Shown here piece by piece: positions 1 to 19,494 of a stretch of 64,000 nt of DNA. Under the pieces are notes generated by a model. That model searched no databases. It was not told the DNA's origin and was given only the letters and a program-made list of their open reading frames with translations. The DNA is taken from assembly GCF_009914755.1 (NCBI RefSeq), contig NC_060929.1; one strand, given 5' to 3'. Source of the DNA: the human T2T-CHM13v2.0 reference genome, Homo sapiens. Every line of letters starts with the position of its first letter. The first letter of the stretch is position 1. Both the position numbers and the translations under genes were made by a program.

Positions 1-166
1 GAGTGGTGGCAGGTGCCTGTAGTCCCAGCTACTCAGGAGGATGAGTCAGGAGAATCACTTGAACTCAGGAGGTGGAGGCTGCAATGAGCCAAGACTGCAC
101 CACTGCACTACAGCCTTGGTGAAAGAGCGAGACTGTCTCAAAAAAAAAAAAAAAAAAAAAAAAAAA
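1..166 (+). mobile_element. Alu right arm with poly(A) tail
   Basis: Alu consensus motifs and A-tail. Confidence 0.9.
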
Positions 167-169
167 AGA

Positions 170-410
170 AACTGTGTAGTACATTCCCCCTTACTCTCTC
201 TTGCTCCTGTTCCTGTCATGTGAGACAACTGCTCCCCTTTCGTCTTTCACAATGATGGTAAGCTTCCTGAAACCTCCCCAGAAGCTGAGCAGATGCCAGC
301 ATCATGCTCCCTCCACAGCCTGCAAAACAGTGAGCCAATTAAACTTCTTTTCTTTATAAATTATCCAGTCTCGGGTATTTCTATAGCAATGTGAGAACAG
401 ACTAATATAA
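170..410 (+). mobile_element. MaLR LTR (MST-like) 3' part
   Basis: gaagctgagcagatgcc...ttctttataaattatccagtctcgggtatttctatagcaatg...agactaata. Confidence 0.8.
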
Positions 411-1119
411 CATGCCTGCCTGACTGCCCAAATTCTAAATGTCTGTTTCTGTCTGCCCCACAAGTTCCAACACATTCCTTTTCAGCTAAGACACAGAAAC
501 GGGAGCTAAAAGGTAATCTATTATACCATTAGTACCAAAATCGGGTGCAGAGCTTCAGGTCTGACCAGAAAGTGAGTCTAGTCTAGGAGAAAGGAGCAGA
601 TAACACCACACAGGAGGAGGTGGCATGAGGTTGTGAGGCTCAACTGTGGCCCCTGCGTGCCTAGTCCCTAGCACTAGTTCCTAGTGCTCAAGTGCCTCTG
701 TGAGACTCCAGGGGCATTTTTAATCAATGTATGATCTGATGCTCCAAAAGTCTGAGGCTACTTAATTGCAGCACTGTGACCTAGGTGGCTGGACCACCAG
801 GAAGTACCCAAGAATCCCCCAATCCACTAAGGGGGATGAGCCTCCACACTCGGGGAGCCTTCCATCCCAGATAGTGACCCCAGGATGCTAGAAAGAGCAC
901 ACTGATTTAGCCACTTTGCTTTTCTTTGCCATCCTACTTTGCTACAGTTTTCAATAAACTTCAGTACCTCGCAGTAAGTTGGACCTAAAGAAGAATTTAG
1001 CAATGTAAGTGGAATTCATAGAGGCAGAGTTGCACTGCTGAGAGGGACACCTGCAAGTGAATCAGGTTAGATTGCTCCCAGACATACACTACTCCCCGTC
1101 ACCACCTAAATGTCATCAC

Positions 1120-1178
1120 TGAAATGAAACACAGAAACACACTCGTGAAATCATAGATTTATATCTTTGCCATTTATT
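1120..1178 (-). terminator. C5orf15 polyadenylation signal and GU-rich downstream element
   Basis: AATAAA (plus tttatt 1173-1178) followed on the minus strand by GAGTGTGTTTCTGTGTTTCATTTC. Confidence 0.8.
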
Positions 1179-2502
1179 TTTTAAAATCTTATTCAAAATA
1201 TTAAATAATAGTTTCAGATATGAAAAAAATTACTGCAATAAAACGGTTCAGGGGTATTTCCATTGTGCTTCCCTTCCCTATTAGGAAAGTACACTGTCCG
1301 CCCAAGAGACAGGATGGACGGCCTTCTTCCAGCTCTACATAAAGCGCAAGCCCACTGGCTCACCCGGGTCCTGCTTAACATATATTAGGGCTATGTTTTC
1401 TAAAAAGCTGTAGTGACACTTGTAAGTCAACCATGGTTCAAATCACATATTTACATATTGATCAATTCTTTATGATAGAAAGACAGACATAAATGAATCC
1501 CATAGTAAATACTTTCCAGTTGCCATAAAAAACAAAAACAAAGAAAACAAGTGTGGGGGAAAAAAGGTAATTGTACACAAATATCCTTTATGTATACAAA
1601 CAACTTCATTCAGGTATAATTTTAATTTGAAAGACCTAGGTACAGTATTATTTAAGTGATAATGACCCCTAAGATTTATTCAAATTTACTGTAAAATAAT
1701 AAACGAAGTAAACGAATCTGATATAATTTTAAACTCTGCCCATTGCTTGAAACCTTGGAGGAACCCATGCTACAATCAATTGCTAACTAAAAGCAATTGT
1801 ACATGTATTTAACATTTTACCAGTTTCTGCTTCTAAATTTAATATAGTAATTCCAACCAAAAAAATAGTATCTCTGTAACATTTTATCTATGTCCACTGC
1901 AAGCTGCAGAGTCTCTGTTGCCAAGATTTCTTGACACATTTAATGTTTTACCTAAAATTGTGGTCAGATTGAGCAATATCATTATCCTAAATTATGTTTA
2001 AATTATCTAAAAATATCCAAAGCAGTTTTCTTGGAAGAAAAAAAAATATTACTCAAATCCAAAGCATTATCACACATATCCTTGTACATTACAGTTTGGG
2101 AACAAAAAAAAATGTGGATAAAAAATAGTATTTGAATGGCGGAGAATGAATGTGAGTCAGCAGTAACAGATATGTCAGAATTTAGTTACAAGTTTGGGAT
2201 CTTTTAAAAGTAGCATCACTAATACTTCCAGAAGAAGCATAATAAATCTAAAACAATAAAAACTAACAGTGTAAATATAAGGTAATGTTTAACTCACATT
2301 TTGGACACCTGATTAAACTCAGCTCTAAAAGTACAGATAAAAAATTATATACTCGTTTGTGACATTTAATTTCCAAAGCACCAAGGCAAAAGAGAGACTC
2401 ACCTCTCATTTAAGTACCAATTGCCTATGGCAAACATTTGCACAATATCATATAAAAAGTCAAGCAAATAAAATTACATAAGCAAATTCAAATCACAGTG
2501 CT
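1150..2502 (-). other. C5orf15: C5orf15 3' UTR (AT-rich, ~1.35 kb)
   Basis: Sequence with no recognisable repeat between the stop codon and the AATAAA at 1173-1178. Confidence 0.8.
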
Positions 2503-2634
2503 TTAAAAAATATAATCATTGGTAATCTTCAAAGAAGGCATTGCCTCATTAACATTCTGATCTAGGCGATGGTATTCCACTGTTTTGGAACAAAGGCCAT
2601 CACGCCATTTCCTGCTTTGAACCAGAAGAAAAAT
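2503..2634 (-). CDS. C5orf15: C5orf15 coding exon 3: cytosolic tail IFLLVQ...EYHRLDQN...NDYIF-stop
   Basis: Acceptor ttccag|ATT; 132 nt to TAA; total CDS 798 nt = 265 aa. Confidence 0.96.
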   Translation of the reverse strand: MFLLVQSRKWRDGLCSKTVEYHRLDQNVNEAMPSLKITNDYIF

Positions 2635-2769
2635 CTGGAAAACAGAAGTCATTAAATAGGCAAAAGAGAAAACAGAGAATATGGTAAACATTTTTATAAC
2701 AAGTAAAATATCTCTCTTCTAGGTTTCTAAATATAAAACACAAAATATCAACAACAAAAAAGCTATTTT

Positions 2770-3020
2770 AGGCCGAGGCAGGCAGATCACTTGAGCCCAG
2801 GAGTCCGAGACCAGCCTAAGCAACATGGTGAAACACCATCTCTACAAAAAATACAAAATTAGCCAGGCATGGAGGCGCTTGCCTGTAGTCCCAGCTACTC
2901 AGGAGGCTAAGGTGGAGGATCACTCGAGCCCAGGAGGCAGAGATCACAGTAAGCCATGACAGCACCACAACACTTCAGCCTGGGTGACAAAGCAAGACCC
3001 TGTCTCAAAAAAAAAAAAAA
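2770..3020 (+). mobile_element. Alu (5' truncated)
   Basis: Alu consensus; flanking aaaagctatttt duplication. Confidence 0.9.
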
Positions 3021-3061
3021 ACAAAAGCTATTTTGCTTTCCATCTTGTAAAGAAGGCTAAA

Positions 3062-3230
3062 CAGTGCTTCTCAAATTTCAATATATATAGGAATGTTTGT
3101 TAAAGACTCAGATTCCTAGGCTCTATCTTCAGAGACTGAGTTAGTACTTGAGGTAGAGCCCAGGAACCTACTTGTTTAACAAGTCCCTTTGATGTTCATA
3201 ATAGAGATGGCCAAACACTAAACAGTGGGA
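3062..3230. mobile_element. MER5-like hAT DNA transposon relic
   Basis: cagtgcttctcaaa...cagattcctagg...gagcccaggaa...tttaacaag pattern. Confidence 0.6.
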
Positions 3231-3344
3231 TATAATATCAGCAGCACTCAAGGTTCTGTCTACCCATAAACACTTACAAAGCTAGCAATATAGCACTAAA
3301 TACAAATAACCAGAAGAGTTGGTTGGTTTGCTTTTTTTTGAACT

Positions 3345-3505
3345 ATTATTAGAGTCACTGATTCTCAAAGCAGGAAGGCATTTTGAAATTATCAGGTCCA
3401 GTTTCACTATTTGTCAGGTAAGGAAATCAAGGCCCCGAAGGGGAAGGTGGCTTACAGTGTTACAAAGCAAGTTACAATAAAGTCAAGAACTGAGACTTCC
3501 TGACC
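3345..3505 (-). mobile_element. MIR fragment
   Basis: Degenerate MIR core (aggaaatcaaggcc...aaggtggctt...). Confidence 0.5.
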
Positions 3506-3746
3506 AGTAAGTATTAAAAAGGAACTGTGTGTTTGATCTCCCTTTAAGGATTTTAAAAGGCTTAACTATTCAGCTTTGGGACTGTAGAGTGCCAACATGT
3601 ACCCTCACACTAAATGTGATGTATCCTGTCCTACAGATGTCTCTTGTGCCTCATGTAATCCAGCAAACTGGTAACAGCACAGAAATGTTCATCACAATAT
3701 TATTTCTGAACCAAAAATTGTAAACCATGAATCTAGTATGTTTTTA

Positions 3747-5073
<1,327 letters not shown>

Positions 5074-5138
5074 GAACCATGAATCATCAAAAGCATTATG
5101 ACTGAAATAATAAAGGGCTAAAAAAATCCCAAACCTAC

Positions 5139-5665
5139 CTTCCTTTTGTTGTGATATGTAATGTAAACAACAGCAATGCAAAAAGCAAAAATAATAAGAT
5201 GAAAAAAGAAATGGCTGTCTTCCTCTTCTATATTTGAGGATGGCATCTTAAAAGATTTCACTGACTGTTCAATTTCCATGTAACCCCTGTTTTCTTCCAA
5301 GGTGTCATCAGACTCGTCGTCGTCCCTGGGGCCCGTGGTCCAGTCATAGTCTGGTTCTCCATAATCGCCATTGTCTAGAGTGTCTTTGGCTGTGGATGGA
5401 GAACTGTTCAGCATGAGAAGATCCTCCTCCTCTATACTAGGATCTTCATTGTTATCAGCTTCCTCTTGAGACAGAGGAGTAGGCGAGGGATGAGGGACCA
5501 CAGATGCTCCTCCACTTTTCTTGGTACTCGTCGTGGGAGGGAGGGTGGTGCTGATTTGGGAAATAGAAGGTTTGGTTTGGTTTTCATGTGTTAAAGCATT
5601 CACATTTGGGGTAGAAATATGTGAGTTGAGTACGGTTGGGCTCGGTGAATCAGTCCGTGATACAA
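5139..5665 (-). CDS. C5orf15: C5orf15 coding exon 2: S/T/P-rich and acidic luminal domain plus TM helix, ending HNKRK
   Basis: Within ORF 5118..5678; acceptor ttcag|TT, donor AAG|GTAGGT; 527 nt joins exon 1 in frame. Confidence 0.96.
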
Positions 5666-6874
5666 CTGAAACAAACAAAGAATATCAAACTGAAATCTCC
5701 AACTTTATCTCCACCAAGCTAAAAGCATATTTACCCAAATTTTACACTAAGCATTTCTCTCTGCTACATTCCTATAACTTTCTCGAAAACTAGTTATTAA
5801 GTCTCAATAGCCAGCATTCAGTTACATTTCTTCTTAGTCAGTTATTCTTCAGATAATAATTGCTTTGCTAGATACTAACAATTTAAGCAGCATAAAAGAC
5901 CTACTGCATCATACAGCCTGCCACCAAAAGAAAAGAAAAAGGGCTGACTTTAAGTCACGATGGCAAAGTTCACATACAGCCCTCACCCATCCCCTCTGTT
6001 TTCATTTCATAAAGGGTGTGGATTTCAGTTACCTTGTCCAGACTTTACCTGATCCCTAGAACAGACCAAAAAGTGGCTGATTCTCACTCAAGTAGGTCCC
6101 AAAAAAGATATGGAGTTTGGACCTAAATACTTTCAACACAACATAACAAATTCAGGGGAAGCTATAGGCATGCTGTAGATAGTAATTCTAAGTGATACTT
6201 GAACTAGAGGACTCCCTCTCCTAAATTCAAAAAAAAAGAAGGATCCTTACAAAGAAGAAAAAACTTCTAAAGGAGAAGCATCCGAAACGGGAACCTGAGA
6301 GCTAAGTGACAACTAGACTATTTTGAAGATGAGGGAAGGCATCTAGGTATAGCAAATGACACCAAATACACACACATTCTTATTTCCCTGTGCTGCTACC
6401 TACTCAGCATAGTTTACTAAAGGTAAAATTCTTTACATAAGAATTCTTACTATTCTTTTACCAAGAAGAATGAATAGAGGAAGATTCCAGAGGAATCCCT
6501 GCCGAAATTTAACCATCTCTAATTTATAATCTAATGTAGTATCTGTTGAAGAACTTCAAGGACCTCTACTACACTAAAAAAATAAAAAAAAAAAACCTCT
6601 GTCATGTAGATCTAAACATATTCAGACAATATTTTAAAGTCTATCACATTAAAGTAAAATATTTTATAGGGGTAAGATTAAACCAAGTCATTCTAGTGCT
6701 TTCACAAACATGTGCATTCACACAAGTTAACAATCCAACAGACAACCCTTTCTTCATGTGAATACACTCTGGTTTGTGTACCACAGTTGACATCCATTTT
6801 GTGTAGAAAAAAAAAGAAATAGCTGGTGTCAATTAGAATGAACAGAGGATCTCAGAAAAATAATGTAGTCAGTT

Positions 6875-7526
<652 letters not shown>

Positions 7527-8039
7527 TAAAACTCTTAAAACATTTTCAATAATTGAGTTCCTTGAAATTTTTTACTGGAAGAAAAGAGAAATAAACAGGA
7601 CCTACAACTCAGTACATTACTCAGAAAACTACTAACAGGAATTTCTGAAAATAATTTTTGCATTTATCACTTCAACTTAGTTATAATTCAAGAATTTAAA
7701 AATTATTATTTTCTGATACATTTAATTTTCCTGCCAAAGTACAAAAAACATGTTTTAAAATAAAATTTAAAATTGAAATAAGTGGGAGCCAACTAACTAA
7801 ACTTAACTTTTAAAAGAACAATTTTTCCATGGGTAAGTACCTTTAAAGGACACAAGCTGATAGGGTGGGAATAATTATAAAGAAATTTCCACCACGCAGT
7901 ATAGAATTCACAGTCATCAGCAAATCCCTTCTTTCACCCTTTGCTTTCTTGTTATTACTGAAACCTGACTCTCCCTTAAGGACACATTTTCCTTTCAGCC
8001 TGTTTAAGTAATAGCTGTTTTTTCTCCCACATCCTTGAA

Positions 8040-10810
<2,771 letters not shown>

Positions 10811-11288
10811 CTCTCGATTCAACTCTCACCACAAATCCCACACCACATCCCACATAGCATCTATGCACCTACTGCACTCCCTCAAGAGCCCATGCCATGG
10901 TTCTCAGCAAAACGCCACTCATTCTTCTAAGGATACCCCCAGTATCACCCTATTCATTGTTTAACTCCAATACCTAGCACCAAGTAGGAGCAGAATGTCT
11001 TAGTCAAGCAGTAAAATCTTGGAAGTAATACACAAATACAGCACAAGAAAAAACAAATAATTGACCTGAAACATGTAATACAAAGGCTATCAACTTACTC
11101 AAACTCCTTCAAATCAGAGAAGTTGATTAAGTCAGATATGAAGAGTATTCAGAACAAAGGTACAACTCTGACTTTACGGATTTAACTGTTGACCTTCTAT
11201 GAGCATATAAATAAGACTTCTAAATCTTCCCTTTCCTAATTGATATTACCTCTCTACTTGAAGCTTAACATTTTAAAAATAAAGCTTA

Positions 11289-11876
<588 letters not shown>

Positions 11877-13899
11877 TTATAAATTTAATTCTCCCCTTCT
11901 ACTGGTCCCTTTTTAAAAACTGCCCTAAAATAAAACTATATCAGCATTTCTTAAACTTAAGAATGCAGAGGACCCCGAGAACTCATTCACACACTGGTTT
12001 GAGAAACAATGCCTTAAAAATGAAATGCATTATACATTAAGTTTAGGTGATCATTTGGGGACAATATAATGGCAAATGTAGAGAACCAGGCATTTTTGAA
12101 ATGGCATGACCAAGAATTAGTCACCCAGTGATCCAAACTGCTTATGTTAATTTTTTAGACTTGATCAAAACAAAAACATAAAACAAAAATTCTTACAGAC
12201 TGACGAGCATATAACCAAGCATTGACAGTTTTTAAAACCTAATATGGAACAAATTTAAATAAATCTAATGTGGTAACCTTCTACCTTTGTAAACTCACTT
12301 GAAATTTGGAACTCAACACATTCTAGACTAATTTTCTTATTACAGGAGTGACTACTTTGAAATTATAAGGTATGCTTACAAAAAATACTTATATCCCAAG
12401 CTACACTGTAGTGCAGTGGAGCTGCTCGCCTATTAAAGACATGTATGTTCGTTTTCATTTAGCTTCTTTTCAGGACAGAATAATCTGAATTTATGACATT
12501 TTAAACTGGTGTATGTAAAGACTTAATTTAAAAGATAAAGATTCTCTAAAATGTCTCAGTATAGTTAGAAAAATATTTATAGGGCTCTAACAAATAAAAG
12601 CAGAGACTAAAGGACACTTAACAGTCCACATTCTGCCTCACTTCTTGCCCAATTTTCAACCATCTCTTAGGGGAAAAAAGCTGTTTCTGAAACTACAGTT
12701 GCCAGATATATATCCCTTAAGCATTCCAGCAGGAAATATAAATGTTTGTGTTTTATTTTTCTTAGATGATTAAATGGCCAAAACAATTAAGCTACTTAAG
12801 TACTTTAGGAACGGGAATATCTGCATCAACCAGGGAAATCCTCATTACATTTCACTAATGATAAAAGGGCCTTAGGAAATGGACAGCAGTCCTTCCTCAG
12901 GGACTGCAAAGACTTCTGGGAGGGCGTCCAGTTAGCAACACTGAAATGTTGCTGAGGAAACATAAGTATGTACCCACAGTACTGTCGCAGAGGAATGTAG
13001 GGCTGGACAGGCCCTGTTGGCAAGAAAGAAAACACTATACCAGGTCACACTGTTTTGCAGCTGAAAATTCAAATTTAGGGAGAAACGCAGGACTGTGTCT
13101 TGGCCTGAAAGAAAAATGGGACTACTAAACAAAATACCGTTTAATCCTTACAAGTTCTTAATAGTGGATTTTTCCCACCAAGTATCAGGCACTGGTTTAC
13201 AGATTTCCTAATTTCTCAATAAAAGCCTTCAATCTCTTGATTTCACCATGCAACATTTGCAAGAAATGAAATATTTTATCAATCAAATCCTACAGATGCA
13301 TTAAAACGAGGCAGGGTTATCCTGGTTAACTCGGAACACAGGGAAGAGGAATCATGATCTCCCTTGTCTCCAAACTCCTCTCTGCCTCCCAAGCCTTCAG
13401 GGGCCCAACGCCCCAGTACTCTGAATCTTTATCAAACACCAGAACCTCCCAGTCTTCAAATATGCACCAGTACCCTAAGACAGCTCTTTCCCTTTCACTT
13501 TCCCTCTCGGAAATATTCCATTGGTTCAGTCCAGTCACTGGATTACTGCCCCTGCCCGCCTCGGTCTTTACCACTGACCTCTCCCATTCTGGAAAACCCC
13601 CACCTTTCCTTGGTCCTGCAAGATTCCTGAGTCCCCCAAACTCAGGACCCTTTCCAGACACCACACCCCCAGCCCCGGCCACCTCCTCAGCCCCTGTCGC
13701 CACCCTCTCTTCCAGAGTCTCCTAACTTTCCGATCCAAGAAATTTTGGAGACCCCACCACCGCCATTCCTTGCGGCAGCCCATTCTTCAACGATCTCTAG
13801 GCGCTAACACCACTCCTCCCTCCCCGCCCATCTACACACCCTGCTGCCTGCTCCCTGGGTTCCTGCATCTCTCAGGGACCCCGCTTCTCAGGCCCCTTG

Positions 13900-14520
13900 G
13901 AGACCCTACCACCTTGGACCCCTTCAGACACCATACCCTCCGTCCTCAGGCCCGCGGAGACCCTGACCCAACCAGACACCGCCGTCTGCTCCTGACACTT
14001 GGAAGCGCCCTTTCCCTGGCCCGGCCTGTCTCCTGCCCTGCGCCCGAGCCCTCCTAGCCTTCCTAAGCCCACACTGCCGCCCCCCTTTACCACTGGATAG
14101 AGCGGCGGACACAAGCAGGAGCGCCAAGACCAGCGGCCGCGCCAACCCCACAAGGGCTTGGATGGCCGACCCGGGCAGCAGTTTCGCTTGTGCTGGCCCC
14201 CTCATCCTCTTCGGGACGGCAGCGGCCATAACGGACTCGGCTGGGAGCCTGCGCTGTTGCTAGGCTCTACGCCATGAGGTCAGACGCCGCGGCCCTCGGC
14301 ACATACGTCCCAGCGTGGTGACGTCGAAGCCTGGAGACGTGCTCTGGAAACCGGAATAAGAAGGAAGGATTGCAGGGAGGAGGGAGTTGCCGCTAGGCGA
14401 AAGTGGGGACCGCCACACAGTTGGCTGCGGATTAAAGGTAGGGTGTGACGTGCTGAAGAGGGCCAAAGCGAGCCCCTCCCTGCCGCCTGCATGATTGGGT
14501 ACTATACAGCCAAAAATAGC
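13900..14520 (-). promoter_or_regulatory. C5orf15 CpG-island promoter
   Basis: CpG-rich; CRE-like TGACGTC 14319-14325, ETS-like ACCGGAAT 14350-14357, TGACGTG 14446-14452, CCAAT (attgg) 14494-14498. Confidence 0.8.
14091..14229 (-). CDS. C5orf15: C5orf15/KCT2 coding exon 1 (MAAAVPKR...[10 protein letters not shown], signal-peptide-like)
   Basis: ATG at 14229 in gttATGG context; hydrophobic leader; donor G|GTAAAG with GT at 14090-14089; 139 nt, phase 1. Confidence 0.96.
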
Positions 14521-14842
14521 GTTTTTAGCCATTTTAAAAAGGAAGATCCAGCTGTAGAACAGACTGATCACGAAAGCGAAGTAACTGCTCTTCCTCTCTC
14601 AAAGGCGAAAGAAACACAAATGTTAAGTAGTCCTATTTCGGTGATGGGATTATAAGTAATTTTTAAAAATCTTTCCCGACAGTCATTTATTTTTTTTCAA
14701 CAAAGATTTAGCACCTCTCCCTATTTAAGATACAGCAGTGAACAAAAAGAACCCCCCCCCCCCCGCCCGCCTTGGCAGTTTATTTTCTTGTGAGGGCGAA
14801 TATGGTGTAAAATACACACTATACAAGATGATAAAGATATTA

Positions 14843-16869
<2,027 letters not shown>

Positions 16870-16934
16870 ATCCACCATCAAGTTATTAAAAACATATAAA
16901 TATATGGGAGAATTCCAAAATCACCCCTTCCCAT

Positions 16935-17475
16935 GACCCATATGGAGGGACCTACAAACATGAAAGGATATTACCAGTGATTAGGTTACTTTACCTGGCA
17001 GTTAACTTGAAGGGAGATTACCCTCATTGGGCCTAACCTAATCAGGTGAGTCCTTAAAAGGGTTGGGGCTCTACCTGGAGGAGACTGGAAGTGTGAGAGG
17101 GATTTCACATGAGGGAGTTTTTCTGTTTCTGGCTTTGGCGATGGAGGGGACCCCATGGCAAGGAATGCTGGCATCCTCTGAGCACTGAGAGTGGCTCAGC
17201 CAACAAAGAAATAGGGACCTCTGTCCTACAACTGAAAATAACTGAATTCCACCACAACCCTGAAAGCCTGGAAGAGGACGCCAAGCCCCCAGATAAAATG
17301 AGAAGACAGCCTGGTCGACACCCTAATTCCAGCATTGTGAGAAGCTAAGCACAGTCCAGGTAGGCATGCACACCTGCCTCGCTTTGACCTGCAGAACTGT
17401 GAAATAAATGAGTGTTGTTTTAAGCTGCTAAACATATGGTAATCTGTTGTACAGTGAGTGAAAACGAATAATATA
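16935..17475 (+). mobile_element. MLT1-type MaLR LTR abutting the VDAC1 poly(A) site
   Basis: agggagattacc...gggcctaacctaatc...agaactgtgaaataaatgagtgttgttttaagctgctaa...gtaatctgttg. Confidence 0.8.
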
Positions 17476-17521
17476 TAATACACAGAGCATGAAGACAAAA
17501 TAAATCTAAACAAATGCCCTG

Positions 17522-17580
17522 TTTATTTATATTTTATTAATAAAGACAACAGAAGAAGGATGAGGTTTCAATATTTTATT
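17522..17580 (-). terminator. VDAC1 polyadenylation signals (three AATAAA)
   Basis: plus-strand tttatt at 17575-17580, 17533-17538 and 17522-17527. Confidence 0.8.
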
Positions 17581-18416
17581 CAAGTTTTTTAAGTGTTGTT
17601 AATTACAGCATTTGAAGGGGAGGATCTAATTCCAACAAAATGGAAGACTCTAAAATGTACCCATTAAACTGCTAAAAAACAAATTGAGTGGTGAGAATAC
17701 AACAGAAGTCCAATTTAGATTCTGAGTGTTGTCACCATGTGATTACAATCACACAGACACTTCCAAGCTTATAGCTGGAGCTCCTGGAAGCTATTTCATA
17801 CTCTGGTGCAAGGGCAAAAAAAAAACACAACACAAGAAGGAATAAGTCCTGAATTATTGGCTTCATCACATCCACCTTCTCCACCCCAAAATGGCACAAA
17901 AGAAACAGTTACCACACCCTGCAGACCTTTTGGTGTAAAAGAGATGATGATGAACTGGGGTGGGAACAGGTCATGAAGATCTGTCTAAAAAAGTCCCATT
18001 CAGGTGAGTTTGTACACACCATCAAGCAGCGAGCCTCTCATCAATTAGGGTTAGGGAACCAAGGTTCGATTCTCAGGAAATCACAATTTCATTCATTTAC
18101 TCAATATGAATTTACAAAGTGCCTACATATTATCCGCTTCCACTTGCAGCCATTTCTAGATAAAAAAGAAACCTGGCATCTCAAAGGGGCCACCAAGTTC
18201 TCCCCGAGTCTACCACTGAAAGGACCTTTTTTGGAAATAGGTTTCTTCTGTACCTCTGGAAGGGTAACATCTTAAAGCTGAATCAACTTTAACCTGGAGG
18301 GCTAACATATTTAGCAATACTTGCATCCCAGACATACAACATTAAAAGATACACTAAATTCTGAAGGTAGCTATGCTGCAAAATAGTTTAAAATTAAACA
18401 ATTGTACAGTATTCAT
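17555..18416 (-). other. VDAC1: VDAC1 3' UTR
   Basis: Lies between the stop codon and the AATAAA at 17575-17580. Confidence 0.85.
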
Positions 18417-18508
18417 TTATGCTTGAAATTCCAGTCCTAGACCAAGCTTGTGGCCACCAGCATTGACGTTCTTGCCATCCAGAAGAGCTGACAGTGTCAG
18501 TTTAATAC
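18417..18508 (-). CDS. VDAC1: VDAC1 exon 9 coding part ([30 protein letters not shown]-stop)
   Basis: tgcag|GT; TAA at 18419-18417; total CDS 852 nt = 283 aa. Confidence 0.98.
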
Positions 18509-19436
18509 CTGCAGGGAGAAAAATGAGGGAGAGGAAAGGAGGAGGAATGGAGGAAAGAAATGACAAGAAAGATTAACACCAAATTCAGAACCTGTTCCAG
18601 GTATTATCAGCAGGGTCCAAACTACATGGCCCTTCAATCCTTGTTACTTAGCACTATCTGACCAACAGGCATACTACAGTGGGCTTATAAAACAACTATA
18701 ATTATCCCACCGCCCAGAGAGCCTACCCAAATCTACTTCTGGAACCCCACTTTCCTTTTTCCTCTCACTGTTCCCCTGGTACAATTAGTCTATAGCACTG
18801 GTAGCATGCAGTAAGCTTCTTTGGCAATCATCCCTTTAAATGAAACCTCAATCCTGAATCCAACCTAAGGTCTTACATGTTCATGTTCATAGTGTACACA
18901 CATGTGTAGTGTGCATGTACATCCACAGATGCACACAACAAACTGACATTCCCTGGAATAACCTGATTCAGGGAGTAGCTGGTAGTCTTAGATTTCCAGG
19001 GTTCAAAAGTGGTTATACACTAGAACTATAATACGCCGTGGACTGGCCTAGCCAACTGTGCAGAGGAAACCTGCAAACCACTTTTCCTATTTCTTTGTCT
19101 TTTTACAGTGGGGCTGATTTATAAGTTAGTTTTGAGAATCTGCCAGAAATAAGTATCAAGCATTATGTCCACACTGGAAAAAAGGATGGAAGAAAATAGC
19201 AAAGAATATGTGTTAGCCTCAGCCTTTTTCCTCCTGCTTGCTACATCTCATATTCTCCAAATGTTTTATAATGACCCCATACTCCTTTATAAACATTTAA
19301 TTATACTTTACATATATCCATTTATATATACCCACTGTATTATATAAACATTTTATAAGCAATGACATAAATCAGCAAACCAGCACCACAATTTTTTTAA
19401 GATAAAGAACCGATTTCACACACAAGCAACACATAC

Positions 19437-19494
19437 CTGGCTTTAGAGTCTGAGTGTATCCTAAACCTATCAGGCTGGAGTTGTTCACTTTAGC
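19437..19494 (-). CDS. VDAC1: VDAC1 exon 8 (AKVNNSSLIGLGYTQTLKP)
   Basis: attag|GCT ... CAG|GTATGT; 58 nt; ends in phase 1. Confidence 0.98.

Noticed and set aside
540-1000. Possible old LTR downstream of C5orf15 (plus-strand AATAAA near 953)
   Set aside because: Could not assign termini or family by eye
13326-13783. Overlapping ~125-aa ORFs on both strands in C5orf15 intron 1
   Set aside because: C-rich skewed sequence next to a promoter; no homology recognised
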